Origin: Marsupella aquatica
Taxonomy: Eukaryota > Plantae > Marchantiophyta
Direction of reading: 5' to 3'
NCBI GenBank assembly: GCA_973895155.1
Contig: OZ316895.1
Coordinates: 5,724,687 to 5,788,686 of the forward strand
DNA: 64,000 bases
Shown here piece after piece: positions 48,746-62,803 of this stretch; position 1 is the stretch's first letter; the number at the start of each line of letters is the position of its first letter. The notes beneath the pieces were generated by a model, which worked only from the letters and a program-made list of their open reading frames with translations, was not told the origin of the DNA and did not search any database. The position numbers and the translations under genes are program-made.

Positions 48746-51130
48746 TGCATGTACACAAGAAGTGCTCCCTGTACCAGAACTCCCCATGCATTTCTCTATT
48801 CACAAGCATAGTCAGTCTAAATATCAAATTTTCTTGTTACCAGAGAACATATGGCCTACAGTTTCATTCTACTGAGTAAGTCATGAATAATAGTAGTGGA
48901 TCACAAATTAAAGCTAAAATACCGGTGCTTAGGAAGAAAAAAAAGTACAATGAAAGGAAAGGAAAGAAAAAGAGGTCCAAAGAGATTATTGACATTGCTC
49001 TTCGCTACTTGTAGAGGGAGGGCAACTCTTAGTTTAAGTTCTTGTATGAGATTAGTTAGATTCACAAGGAACCTTAGTATGCGTTTAATTGTGTTCTTAT
49101 ATGAGATTAGCTTGCTCTTCTAGGAATCACAAATAATACAGGTGTCAAAACTCTTCCATCATTCAACTGTAAAAAGTAATAGGGGAGGTTTGAGGCTGAT
49201 CGGTTTGCATGCAAGAGGCTGGTTACATAAACATCCTTGCCCTTTGGTTGTCCTCAGGGTCCTTCTTGAAAGCCCCCTTCCCGGGACCACTGTTAAATAG
49301 ATCATCACCACTTGTCAAGGACGTGACTGTTCCAGCAAGGTGGGGTTCGTGTTCATTATATGGGATTCATTTGTTCTAGCAGGAATTATAGTAATAAGCA
49401 ATAGGGGGATTTGAGGTCAGTCGCTGGCAGGCACTTGCAAGGACATTTGCATGTGCAATTTCTAATTTGGGTGTCAATCCCATATAATCCCAATTCTAAT
49501 TTGGTACTCACCGTATGCAATCAGAAAAATATATTTTCACATTATTTTGGCCAAAGCTTTATAAAACATTACAAGTAACTCTGTTTACAACACAAACATA
49601 GAGAGTATATCTTATTGTATATCTTTTATAAAGTAAAGTAGGTCATAATATTTTAAATCATAATATTTGTAGAAAATTATCTCTGGAAATGCACCAACAA
49701 TTTGCTTACACCCTTGTTTACACATTGCCCAGTGGTTCCCTTCATTCTATGCTGATTGTTTACATACTGTTGAAGGCTATAGGTTGAATGAGGGATCCAA
49801 ATGCATAGGATTGGGGCTCGTCAAGGAATGAAAGGATGGATGTGGCAGCATAAAGTCCCAGGAGCTGTGGGGTGCTCGTCGCCAGGGGATTGAAATGTGA
49901 CCTTATGCTCCACTTTCAATTCGATCCTCATTTGCTCCAATTCCAATGAAGTTTGTCATGCACCATGTACTTGCAATTAGCCTTTTGGAAAACCACAAAC
50001 TTTAACTTATGTACCACCAACCTAGTCGGCGGGTTACAAAGTGGGTTACAAAATCCAGGCCAAACCAACACCTAACCCATTGGCCCCCTACACAACAAAA
50101 TATGTAAATCATGACTAAAATACTAATACAAACCCCCAAAGTAGGTATAGGGTTGTCCATTACATTTTTTGAGTGCAATCATTGCCCCTCCCTGGACCTG
50201 TATCCCACTTTCATCAGTGAGAGAAGGTTTGGCACCTCCAACTTTGTAGTAACCAGGTCCTTGTGAAATTGAAAGTACCACCTCCTGCCTCCCTGGGACC
50301 ACATCCCTATTTTCTATCTCCCTGAGGTATGGAGGTATAGTCCCATGAAACTCCTATATGGTGAATCCATCTTCCAGTATTTTGTCTTATTCAAACTTCT
50401 TTTCTTGTGTATTTTAATTCAATGTGTCTTACCATGGTGCATCCCTTGTATACTTTAGATTTTGAATTTAATCTGGCACCCTCTAAATTTATCAATCTTT
50501 GCTATACTTTTGATCATTCACCCTTTAACAAAGCTCATGGAAGTTCTAGCCCTTAGTGAAAGAAAAAATGATCTAATTAAAGTGTACTCCTCATGTCTTT
50601 AAGTTCTACTCATGGTTTTGTGTCCTAAATTTATGGTTTTAATTCATTTGAGTGTCATTACCTAAAATAAGTACATAAGTATCTTTAATGGTGTATAATA
50701 TGTGCAAGACCCAATACCATAGACTTAGATTTTTCCTGTTCATTATTACTTTTCTTTATATGTGTATTTTTATTCTTGTACCTTATGTGCACAACTTTTC
50801 AATGTCACGCTTCCTAATCAATGTACTATTTATATTTTCCATAAAAAAGTAGATCACTTGTATTTCACTAAAAAACTTAAACTTTTTACTAGAGGACAAA
50901 ATAACTTTTCATGTTCCAGGATGAGTATGCTATATCCCAAGGACTGCTGGTCATTGTTCAAGAAATGAAGGTGTACCTCCTGGACTGTCCTTGTTGCACC
51001 TTGCTTTTCCTTAGGGCCATTTGCAAGAGCGTCCCCGTAATTGCACATCAAAAACCGCCAACATCTAGAAAAACAAGTACTGATTTAAACAAAATAATTG
51101 GCTTATCATGGTATGGAGTTACATAGTACA

Positions 51131-51490
51131 TCATATGTTGTCACATATGGATGTGCAATTAGGGGGGAGGCTTCGCAAGAGCCGTCTCTCATCGTGACCA
51201 TCTGTTGGACCCTTCCTGGCTCGATGGACCAACGGTAAAGAGGGAGGATTCGCTCGACCGACCCAAGGATAAAGAGGTAGGGTCAGGGACTGCAGGTTCA
51301 TTCTTCGAGGTACGAAGGTGTACCTCCTGGACTGTCCTCTTTGCCTTCGGATACAGGCAGGGTCCTTTGTGAAGACCAGAATGATGGGCTCCTCACACTG
51401 CAAAAAGGTTTTTTCGTTGCTGTCGTCTGCAGCTACAGTAGACGTCAATGCCACGGCCCAAATGACGATGATGCTTCTGCAAGTCTGCAT
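51131..51490 (-). CDS. Possible small secreted protein
   Basis: MQTCRSIIVIWAVALTSTVAA|DD looks like a signal peptide with a VAA cleavage site; no family recognised. Confidence 0.3.
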   Translation of the reverse strand: MQTCRSIIVIWAVALTSTVAADDSNEKTFLQCEEPIILVFTKDPACIRRQRGQSRRYTFVPRRMNLQSLTLPLYPWVGRANPPSLPLVHRARKGPTDGHDERRLLRSLPPNCTSICDNI

Positions 51491-51766
51491 GATTTCCTCC
51501 GCAAGGCGATTGTTCGGCACGAAGCTTGATAGAAGGTGATTCAGGTATTTTTCCGCACTGTTTTGGTTTTGTTTTGGGCATGATTCTGATTTGGGCCCTA
51601 GTCTGCAGCTTCTGCAATCGTTCTTCTCCTTGCTCTTCTTCTTCTTCCTCCGCAGCCTTTTTATTTATACATGATTTCTTAAGTGGCACCGTTTCTTTCG
51701 GGGATAATGCTGGTCAGGCCTCTGTACATTCTGCAATGATATATGTTCTTTCAATTTTTCTTTGTT

Positions 51767-52023
51767 CACCAAGTTCAACACAAAACCATAAATCATTTCC
51801 ACACAGGATTGCCAAGCATTTGGTTTCAAGTGTCCTCCATTGAGGGTGACAAAATACTCTGTATATTCTGAATTCAATAGAGTTTTTTTTTCTTTCTTTC
51901 TTCGTCCACCAAGTTCAGCACAAAATCATAAATCATTTCCACACAGGATTGCCGAGCATTTGCTACTCAATGTCCTCCATTCAGGATGACAAAATACTCT
52001 GTATATTCTGCAATTCAATAGAC
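51767..52023. repeat. Tandem duplication, ~140-bp unit x2
   Basis: caccaagttca.cacaaaa.cataaatcatttccacacaggattgcc...tgacaaaatactctgtatattctg.aattcaataga occurs twice. Confidence 0.9.
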
Positions 52024-55000
52024 TCTTTCTTTCTTTCTTTCTTTCGCAACGTTTTAATTGATGTTTGCCGGTCAGTATTGTGCTTTCTTACTTTTGGTAT
52101 TGCACGCTACATTCAATGCAATTGCTGCAGAGAATTGTAAAGGGAAAAAAATCCACGAATGTCACATTGAATGGATCTTTTGCAGGAAGTTGTGGGGAGA
52201 GCAGATTTTGATTTATCTTCCGTATCCGGATTTGAGTTTCAATGCTTCCGTGCCCATGAGATTGGCATAGAATCCGAGAAGATTCGGATAAACCTTAAGG
52301 TACGGATTCTATTCGACGAATTCTGGACATGCAGTTGTAATATGGGCTGCAAACAGTATTAGTCTCGGAATTGAATTCGTCAATTTCATTGAATGTACAT
52401 GGATATGACAGATCACTCTGTGGGATCGAGTCTCGATCCACTGGAAAGCTCAGCTGCTGAACGTTGAGAGAGAACGTTGGCCAGCACGGTTTAGGTAACT
52501 GGCATAACTAAACCTTGAGGGAGGGTTTTGGAGAGTGGAGAGATGGTCTTACGTCAAAACTTCATCACTTCTTCACTGTGCCTGTATCTTGGATCGAGTT
52601 TGCTGATATTAAAGAGGTGAGAAATTCATATGACATGGTAAGACTGGGCTGACTAAACCTTGAGGAAGGGTTTTTGGGTGAAGCGGGGTAGTAAAGAGAT
52701 GGTGACATTACATCAAAACATCGTCTATTATACAGTATGCCACTATCTTACTCCGAGTTTGCAGATCATAAAAGCAGCAAGAAATCCATATACTACTTCC
52801 ACTGTACTGGAGCCACAATAGAAGCCAGAAGCATATTTGTTCCACACTCCTGCAGACGTCAGTCCTGACCTTGTGCCTCGGCGGCCCACATGGCCGCCTT
52901 TGCCTCAGGGCCGATCCTGACAGGCAAGCGGGCAATACTGTGTTCAACATCGAACTCTGGCCTACGCTTCATTGTGAGAAGTGTCGAATCTTGCGCTCTT
53001 GGGGTCAGCGAATGGACAATGAGACAATCCTCCAGGTGGTCCCAAATCTCGGCTCGGATGTCGGGGTTCCTCGGCTTGCTGCCTTGCTGGACTCTCTCCT
53101 ACAGTCCTGCCAGGTCTACATAACACGCAATGCCAATCGTTGTCCCTTATATATTATAAAGAAAATATCGCTCACCCTCGTGAACGAATCCCGGAAAAAG
53201 AGGAAGGGCCCATGTTATCTTGTGCCTCGGCCTGGGCAGAAAGAAAATTGGCCCAAGCACTGAAGACAATGATGAGGGAGCAAAAGAGCCAGATTACGGT
53301 AGATCGTCCTATGCACATGTTGTGTAGAGTGCTGAGCAGCAACCACCTAAGGATGATCAACACGTTGAGCATCTTCAGCGACTTTGCTCGGCTCATGTTT
53401 ACGGACTCTGTTTTAGAGACCCCGAAAATAGTGTGCTCGCGGGGCTCATATTTTTCAGACTGATTTAGAGACCCCGAAAATAATGGACTCGCATCCTTTT
53501 CACGGTGCACCTCCATCCATCCTTAGTTGTGGACCAGGCGGGAAAGTTTCCATCCTGATGTGACTTTCTCATCATGAGTGACATGTCGTGGGTGGAAGAC
53601 CGCCAGTCGATATGTGGGAGCGTTTCGCAGCTGCCGAGAGAGACGGCCAATACTGCCAAATGTAGTCCCATTTGGTTGGCCTCCCACCATTTAAAGATAC
53701 TGGGTGACAGTGGGGAGCTTTGCCTGGAAAACGTGGGTACCAAAAAAGATGGAAGTTACTTACCTTTTCCAGCCACACCTATCACAAAAACTACTGTACC
53801 TTTTCCAAGCCTGGAGATGCTTATTAGTAGATTATTTGTTTAGTTGGGAAACTAAGATATTGGGCACTTCCTGCTGTGGGTAAGCAAATAGCTGGATTAG
53901 ATCTATGAACACTTATCAGATTGATGTGTCATTGAGCTAATAAGAACAGAGCACTTCTTAATTACGTGCGCCATGCATACGTTTGTTTTAGTTGCATGCG
54001 CCACAAGCCACCTCCCTACTCGTAGATGTTGCACATTTCATTACGGAAAGATCCGTATTTAATGTATTAAGAAAAGTGCGCTAGGAGTCCAGATGGCACT
54101 TCCCGCAATGTTTTCGGTAAACTTTACACGCAGAAAGGATTGGGACGAAAGGTGTGCCGGTGCCACTGAGTGAAGGTTTCTTCTCAGATTGGGCATCTGC
54201 ATTAATTCCGTATGATCGTCGATCCTTCGCTTTCTTTACAGGGGAAGTGGGGACGCAGTCATCCATTTACACCTGGATAAGCACATACCAGTGACCAAAA
54301 GACGGTGAAAGGAAAACCTGACGATAGTAGTGCCAAATGGTTCTCAAGGGTCATCAGAAAGTACATTTGAACCGCAGCAAGAAAGAAGGGCCAATGCATG
54401 GAGTACAGCACTCAAGCTGGCAGCGGTTGGGCTGGCTTTTAGTGGGCTCCCCTAGCTGAAAGCAAACGCGGACCTTGTCACGGGGCCAACTGGTCGGATT
54501 GACACGGAGGTGCGCTCCTCTCCAACATACAAGTTCCCAGCCTGGGTACGATCTCTGCGACGTCTCGTGCTGGTCACAGTTAGCTCCGTTCCATGTTGTC
54601 CAGCCACATTCTTGCCACGCCGGCGAAGGGACTACAGTACTCGAGATTGATCAACTCTTTGGCCTAGATCCTTACGTACCTCGTACCATCTACACGCAAG
54701 GGAGACTCAGTAAGCCTCGCGCCTTAAAATTTCAGTTTCTAGTGGGTGGATTGTGTTTTGATGACTAGAGTCTCGGAGAGATTGAATTTTCTACTTTCTC
54801 ATCTGTTGTGTTCCAGTTGGAAAGATCGGCAAATCGGGCGGCAAATTAGCCTGTTCGAGGCTGTTTTGTATGACTGTGATGTTTTGGAACAACTGTAATC
54901 GAATGTGTTCGGGTATTCTTAATCGCAAACTCATCGATATTCAGCGCTGACGGAATTTCTCGGTTCTTTCAACACGGCTAGTTTGCAATAATTATTGATC

Positions 55001-55283
55001 TAGTCTTGTCCAACAGTAGAAACTCCGTCCTTGGCTCATCCTTTGATTGCATAGGATGACAGCTCACGAGCCTTGGATATAATCAGATGCACGAAAGCAA
55101 ACCGATGCCGACAGATACTGATGATGGCGCAAAAGTGCTAACTCCTTAATACCCTCGAGATTGAACTCGCTGGTTCTAATAATTTAACTACAACTGTGGG
55201 AATTCCTGAATTTTGTTGAGCTCTGTACATATTAAGTGATCCCTTACTGTCCATTGATGGGGAATTTCTTACGGTAGATAGCA

Positions 55284-55532
55284 ATGGCTGGGGAGTCCAT
55301 CATCGACAAGTTGAAAGCAAAGGTGGCCAAGCTGAGAAATGGCAGTCATCAAAGTTCGGCTCCGGGATCTGCGGGGGTCTATATGCCTGAAGTGGCGGCC
55401 AGGCACACTGATACGGGTCTAGCGGGGAAGCCAAGCAAGATGCAGCGAATCAAGATATGGCTGAACGCCCGGCTGAATGGCGGGGGCAGTTCCGCCACTG
55501 GAGCTCACGATTCGGTCCCAACATCTGCATGA
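55284..55532 (+). CDS. Small Gly/Ser-rich basic protein, dehydrin/LEA-like
   Basis: 82 aa. ESIIDKLKAKVAK resembles the dehydrin K-segment. Second amphipathic basic segment KPSKMQRIKIWLN. Good start context gcaATGG. Possible 5' UTR intron (gtaagc ~54710, acceptor ~55277-55281). Confidence 0.5.
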   Translation: MAGESIIDKLKAKVAKLRNGSHQSSAPGSAGVYMPEVAARHTDTGLAGKPSKMQRIKIWLNARLNGGGSSATGAHDSVPTSA

Positions 55533-58326
55533 ATTTCTTACAAACGAACTGACATCTGAGAGCGTGGACAGCAATACAGCTGTGGAAAAGGTTGACATCT
55601 CTTATCCCTGCCCAAATTTTGACGATTTTTGTTTGCATGAGTAACGTTAAGCATGCATTGATTGAGTTTTGAATCCCACGGACAGGCTCACCGTAGTGCA
55701 ATGTGAACTCCAACCGCTGTCCACCCGAGCTAGGATTCTGCTAGGCAAAGAGCGTTCCATGAAGCTATAAGTCGAAGGTTGAGGAACCATCACTGTCTAG
55801 TCGCTCATAAAACAATTACGTGGTTCGTTTATGTATATTCCATGACTAATTTGTTCTTTGAACCCTGAGACGACAATATGGGTCGACTGGACTTGATGTT
55901 GTCCTGTGCGTATGCATCTCCAAAGGTCTGTTGAGAGAGGTAGAAGGTTGAAATGCAAGGTACATGCATGAATGGTCTTATGACGTGAATCGTATTTGGA
56001 TCTGCAGAGGGAGAGGGGGGATGTGGAAAGTCTAATATTCGTAAGTAGCTTACAGATTGGGTATATGACGATATTGCCGATGCTATGACTACAAGGCATC
56101 GTTTGTACGAGGCGAACTCGAGGTCCAAGTTGATAATCGCTAACGGAAGCGTGCATTTTATATTTTTGGGGGAAACAGCTCATCAGGAGCGTAGCTGCAC
56201 TAGTGAATTTTCATATGCCATATCATATGCCAGAGGATTAAATGTACAAGTTCATACAAATCATGAACTTCCTGTAAATGTACTTTGACTGCTCAACACC
56301 TGGCGAGTTAGTATCCCTGTCAAAAACAACAGTATATCACTGCATAGTACGATTTTTTCTCTGTTGATTGTTGAGCGGACAGAGAGATAGGCTTAATAAT
56401 GCTTATTTAAATACAGTAGAATGTCTATCAAGATTGATTTGTATTTACATTTACTCTTGCGAAGCTATTGTATGTGGGATTCCCTGTTCTACCGACATTT
56501 CATCAACAGAGCAAAGTTGCAGGTATGATCTTGCATGTCCCGGATAGTAGTTGAAGTCACCAATAAGTTTAAAGCATTGGATCGTGCAGTTTGCAGAACC
56601 GCATATGTGGTATGTGCCCATAATTTGCTTTGACTAGTAAGTTGTCGGTGGTGAATGCCATTGGAGTAGTTCACCCACAAATTATAATTCATTTCATGGA
56701 GTTGGGACGATATTATTATACTCTGTCAGTAGCAGGTGGGGGTGCCCAGGATTTTAACCAGATCAATCCTTGTTCTGCTGGTGAACTGGCACAAGACGCT
56801 AGCTCGGTTCTAGAGATGCTCTGGCTGGCCCCATTTAGTTCAATTGATGGGAACCTTTGAAATTTTTTGAGCGGAAGAGACATTTCTACTAACCGACAAC
56901 TGTGAGGCCAAAGACCGAGTTAAGCCAAAGACAGATTAGAATCACCGAAAATGACCACGAAAGACCACCATAAACTGTCGTTCGACTATGTCAACAAGAT
57001 TCTACTCTTGAATTCTCAACATGTATGTAACTCTGGCAAGCCAGCACCTATCATATCGATGACTGTCACGAAAATAGTAACATGCTCCATCCAGAACAGT
57101 AAATAATAACTACCACGTGAAGGTTCGAGCCCTGGACTGGTCAAAGGAATCGCAATTTGCCTTCGTCTTGTTTGCTTCCCACCCTGCCCTCTACTGAAAC
57201 CCGCCCACACCCTGCGTTTTTCTTCTCGCAATAAACATATCATTCAAGGCCAAAAACAAGCAAAACTATGCAGTGTTATTGAGAGAAACTGTGGTAACAA
57301 ATACCATTTCGTACAAAAAAGTATAGCTCAGCTTCAGAAGAACACGAGCATCCGCCCAAACTGTCGGAAGTCAACTGTCTCTTAGTGGATTTCCAATCGC
57401 TGGTCATGAACAAATTTCGACCCGATAACTCTGACGCAAGTGTCAAAACTGGTTGGGAGGGCCACTTTCTAACAATGGAAGTAACATCAAACGTACAACA
57501 CGGCAAAGTAAACATCTGAATGTATAATTTCAGGTTCTTCCGAAGGGCAAGCTTTATCTGCAAAGTTGTTCATTCCATTGAAATTGTGGTAATTATACAC
57601 AGAGCTCCCAGTGAAGCTAACCTGGACACGCACTGGCGGCATACGAATCATCTTCCACAACCTAGAGTAGGCGTTGTGTGATTCGACATGACCGAAGCTT
57701 GATGCTGCAATATGTCTATCGTATAGCTCATTATTTTCATCCGGAAAATTGCACTCACATCAATAATCTAAACCGCTAGCACTGCTGACTACGTCAACTC
57801 TGAAGGAATAACCGCTGAACATTTTGCCATATAAGGCAATAGTCAAATCCAACTTCACCCCTGTGGTGACTGGTCCAACATTGAGAATCACCAGACATCA
57901 ATGCCGTGGCTACTTGATATCCTGCCCAATATCGCTAGTTTGCCCTAAAAATAAATTCCCATTGGGAAGAGACCAAAAATAATCCGTGCACGGAAAATAC
58001 CACTCTTGTGAGGCACATGCGTAACAAATAGTCCAGTATCTGTAGATCAATTATAACAATCCCTACTCAACAAATCCCATGCCGTGAATCAATGTGTTGC
58101 CATCATGTTCATTATCATATTTGTAGATTAAAACGGTAGCCAAAGTAATATCTCACACAAATGAACGCCACCAAATCTGCAACACCTTCTGTCCATGGTA
58201 ATGATTACGGATGACAACATTCCCACTGTCTCATTAGGAGTATGGTAAGAATGACCCATAATCCCTTCCCAAAACCATGTTCTGCCCTACACTGTGTTTA
58301 ATACTGTACAAAAAAATTGAGATCAT

Positions 58327-61300
58327 TTAGCCTTCTTCCCAGTCTTCGTCATCGTCTTCATCGATATCTCCACCGGTTCCAGGATCAATACTACCGTTAT
58401 TCAAATGTGAATCCTGCGACAAAACTGGGGGCCCATTGTCGTCTGCAAAGCCACACAAAATACATATCAACAAATTGAGACCCGCTCACTACAGTTTTGG
58501 CTCAGGAGTTAAGCTAGGAGTATTGTTTAGTAGTTTGTGGCTGGCAGCAAGACGCCTTAACCTTCTAGACGAAAATCTATTGCTTAAATTGGGATCAGCA
58601 GTGCATGCTTCCAGTACAGCTGCCCAGAAAGGTTCAAGAACATTCAATTAGAAGAAGATGATTGGCGGTAAACTTTCACAACCCGGTTAACGTGAACCTC
58701 GCTGCTACCTGGACCGGAGTGAGTCATCTAAGAATACTCGTACATATTGACTTTTCATGCTGATGATGGGACTTATTAGAAAGTCCTCAATGATAATGTG
58801 ATTTACAACGAAATATTCTGCTCGCGGAAACAACTGCACCTTCACCTTTTCTACGCTTAAAACCAATGCTTGAATTCCAACATTAAGAACCACCACAAAG
58901 TTGTCAAAAACGTAAAAGCAATTCCGAGGACAACCGAGCAGAAAATTCATGGTAATATGGTGATAAATCAGTGTCAGGACTGGTTTGATTTTCATACCTG
59001 TAGCGCCGGCCTCCTCCCATTCAACGTCTTCATCGTCCTCCTCATCTTCTCTCTTGGCCTTCACGCCAACCTCCCTGACTTCTTCTTTCAAATCTTCATC
59101 CGGTGTAACTACTAACTCTTGCAGGGGAGTTGTTGCTGCTTGTTGAGCTTCCTGCTGTCGAGCCAAAAGGGCAGCATAATACGCCTTCAAATATTCCTCT
59201 TGAATTTTACGTTGAGTCTCCTCCTTGTCTTCCTCGGCAGGTTTACTATCCGTTGCCCCTACGCCATTGAGCGATTCACCATCTTCTGCCTTAACATCTG
59301 CTCTAAATTCACCGCGTTGAGACGCTGTGAGTTGCATGCCCTGCCGTATCATCCAAGGAGGTAGCACCTTCAATTGTGCAGCTTCTTCTTTATCTTCCTC
59401 CTTTTTCAAATCTCCACCAGCAAGAGCAACCTCCACCTGTTTTTCGGGGAGCAGCAAGGCATTACTTTAAGATTCGAATTTGTTTGAGGGTTACCTGAAT
59501 ACTACCTGATGTGGAAATATGAATCATTAACCTAGTCCACATTGCAGTATTACCACTAGCAAAAATCGGTCAATTCTTACCTTCGTTTCTCCCAAAAATG
59601 GCATAGGAGTTCCTGACGGTCCTTGGCCATGAGTTGCTCTGGACATATCACTAGTGGATGCGTCACCATTAGGAATACGGCCAGCTGCAATGGCCCGCTT
59701 CTCCCATGCCTCCAAACTCCCAAAATCTGGTGGGGTCAAATCCTTGACCCGTGTCAACTGATCCGACAGAGGCTTCAACTGCTTCTGTTCCCTTTGCAGC
59801 AGCAGCAGCAGATTTACTAAGCAACTTTTCAAGAAAAACCTGAGTACAGAACCGATGGAGAAACAATGAACCCTCTAACGAACGCCATTACAACTAGCAC
59901 AGAATGCAGACAACGTTGCTTTATTCCCACTTAAACTTAGCATTTCCCACCTCCAACTTCTCGAAAAACTCTTTGAGTTTCTCCCTCCTTCGTCGCCGAG
60001 CATTGTCCTCCCCGTCTCCATCACCCAGCTCTGCAGCTGCCAACTTATCACTTTCTGCCACAAGTTCTTGATCACAAACCTCGCAGTGGAAATTTCCATC
60101 ATACATGTTGATTAATCTCGAGGCATCCAATGCTGAGTACCTGCAAAGCCAAGCCCTCTGAATTCAGCTTGAGAATGCCGAAAAAGTCTTAAATTTTCTG
60201 GGAGAGTGGTGGAAATGGAATGAATAAATATCAGCTCATTTGAATAAAGTCTACAAAAACGGCGTGCTTTTCGACAGCGGTTCTGGACGAAGAATCAACC
60301 TGCGCCCACATGTAGCGCTTGGGCAAAGGTATTCCTGAATTGTATTCCTATCTTCCAGCTCATCCTTAATTTTTTTCTTGGAGCGGTGTATTCGATATCG
60401 CACCACGTCATAGACCTGCATAGTCCCCGACTTGATTAGCCAGACCTTTAAAGAACAACCTTCGTAGTTTTAACTACGTCCCATGGCGTTTAACTACTCC
60501 CACAGCTTATATCGCAATATAGCATCGAGGTATTTCCCGTGGATCTCACAAAGCAGAAACTCTGCTCAACCTGAAATTATAACAAACACCTTAGGTTTAT
60601 CACCTGGTGCCCCCCAGATACTAATGAGTTAAAAAGAAGAGGTCCAACTGACATTGTCCTAGAGTGACTTTGATTTTAACAGGTGAGCACTTGAAGATTT
60701 CGGTGGGAAAGGTGATCATGCTAAAGGAATTGCCATACAAAAAACACTTTTTTACTCCGAAGGATTTAAACGAAGCCAACAGCAATATTTCACCTGAGCC
60801 AGTCGAAGCAGCAAAAGAAATCTTGCCCTACCCATGGCCCAAACAACAAGAGGAAACCGGTACCTGAGCATAGTCCAAGCAGCAGTACGAATGCGTATGA
60901 ACTTTTGGTTTCTCCTCACCCTCTCTTTCCGTGTGCTGCTCGCTCACGGCAGCAATAGCAGCATTGTATACTTTGGCGCCTTTCACAGTCTACACCGTGA
61001 CGAGAAATATAAAATCAGGCCTGATTCATTCTAAGAAAAATCTTCTCTTCGACTTCCCACAGCCAGAGAGCGTTGGTTTGGAAAAGTGTAGGGTAACCCA
61101 TGGCCTGTTCGTGGGCCATGGCCGTAACCACCTCTGGGTCACCGCCCTCGGGGATTACAGCCCATGACCCCTGACGCTGCTTTACCACATAATATTCTGA
61201 AATTTTGAGACTCGGCGAGGCTGGCTGGGGTTATGAGACTTGGAACCCCCAGGTCAGGCTGGCGAGGAGGTTAAGGCTGGGGACCTCCTCTGAAACTACA

Positions 61301-61928
61301 AAGGAAAAAAGAGAGGAGGAGGCTACGTACCTCACGTCGGTGCTCTCTTAATATCAGAAGCTCTTCTTCCAAAACGCGCAGCGTCCTTCGCAGCTGCTTT
61401 GGATGTAACCTTAAGTCCCTTGCCAAATCCTCCTCTTTGACCCATTGCCTTCTAGTGAGAGCGTCTAGCACGACCACCGCAATTCCTCGGTTGTCAGACT
61501 TGTCAGACTTACTTCGATTGGCTCCCTTGGGTGGAATCTCCTCGTCGTAGAAGGCCCTCGCCACAAGCTTCACTAAACTGCACCCGAAATCATACTATCA
61601 ATTAGCTTACTAGACTTCTTCGCCATTCTAACCTCGTGGCTAATCACCAAGGGGCCAACTTACTCACACTGCCAAAGCAATGAGAGTGTACTGCCTAGGC
61701 CGGTACATAGCGAATCCAAAGCTAATGAGCGACAATACACACACAGAAGGTACTTAACTACAGAGGACTCCCAACCTGACAATGAATTTTCTAAGAATCA
61801 AATTCCAAGCCAGGGAGATTTGAATTCTCTAGTTTCCATCCAGAATCTAAAAACCACAGTCCATCCATCCAACTTTCAAGAATGGCGTCAAAGGTGCACA
61901 CACACCGACGGAAGGGCTCTACGCTCAT
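58327..61928 (-). CDS. TFIIEA: General transcription factor IIE subunit alpha; exons 61906-61928, 61331-61577, 60864-60989, 60300-60415, 59951-60140, 59581-59784, 58998-59436, 58327-58442 (486 aa)
   Basis: MSVEPFRRLVKLVARAFY, VVVLDALTRRQWVKEEDLA, HSYCCLDYAQVYDVVRYR, zinc ribbon YLCPSATCGRRYSALDA...FHCEVC, KVLPPWM, acidic DWEEG end. All 7 introns are GT-AG with consistent phases (1461 nt total). Confidence 0.93.
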
Positions 61929-62765
61929 AATTCTTCGAGCATTCAAGGAGATTCTCGACGCATCCAAATGACCCGCCGCTTGCCCCTCTACTTCGTCTTC
62001 TTCCTGTTGTGTTCCCGAGCGAAGTGAGAGCTCTCCCTAACAAATGTGTTGTTCGTCCGTCCGTCCGCAGGGACCTTGTCCTTGGGAAAGTCGCGCGGGG
62101 CAGGGAGGAAATCGGGCAGGATTCTTAAGTTTTGTCAGTTGCTTGGTAGACTACGATAACCGGGAGTCCCGATTGCCGCAGAGACATTCAAGTGAACTGC
62201 AGGAGACATCAGTGCAGAAATCTTAGTACTTCAAATTCAAAGATCACTGAATTGTCAAGGATCCGCTGAATGCTCGAAGAGCCCGTGCACAGAGAGTGTT
62301 TCTGAAGCTCAGAATTCTGAGCTGAGTTCGACAAAATGCTTCAACCTAATGTAGCAGCCAACGAAACCGAGAGAGAGTGTGAGCACATCGAGCTGTTATT
62401 TCTTCGCGAGCGCTGGAGAAAACGCTTCGACCTGGCTGCGAACGACTTCAACGAGCCAGAGTGCTAACTAGTGAAGCTCAGATTGCAGTGCGGAAATTCA
62501 ACAAATGCTTCACCCTACAATCTTACTGCAAACGAGCGCTCCAAAAGGAATTGAGAGAATGAGAGAGCTCACAACGAGAGGTGACGCTCCCGCACCAACA
62601 CTACAACGAGAGAAGCAGCAGGCTTAGTTCATTTGGCCAGGGTATGGGCCTGAAATTAAGAGGTCTTCCGTTTCGTTGAACTTGAACGGTCTGACGTTTC
62701 TATGTGTTTCGTTTCTTTTTCCACGAGAGAAGTGGAAGAATAGGAGAGGAGGATGCCTTGGAGAA

Positions 62766-62803
62766 CGCCTATATACCTTCCTCTCCTCTCCTCTCCTCTC
62801 CTC
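62766..62803 (-). promoter_or_regulatory. Putative TATA box and adjacent (GAGAG)n tract upstream of TFIIE alpha
   Basis: GGTATATAGG on minus at ~62768-62777, next to (CTCTC)n at 62780-62802; TSS not verified. Confidence 0.35.

Noticed and set aside
58705-58997. Hydrophobic extension of the 250-aa ORF after EWEEAGATG
   Set aside because: Read-through into the last TFIIE alpha intron (donor ag|gtatga at 58997); the true C-terminus is exon 58327-58442
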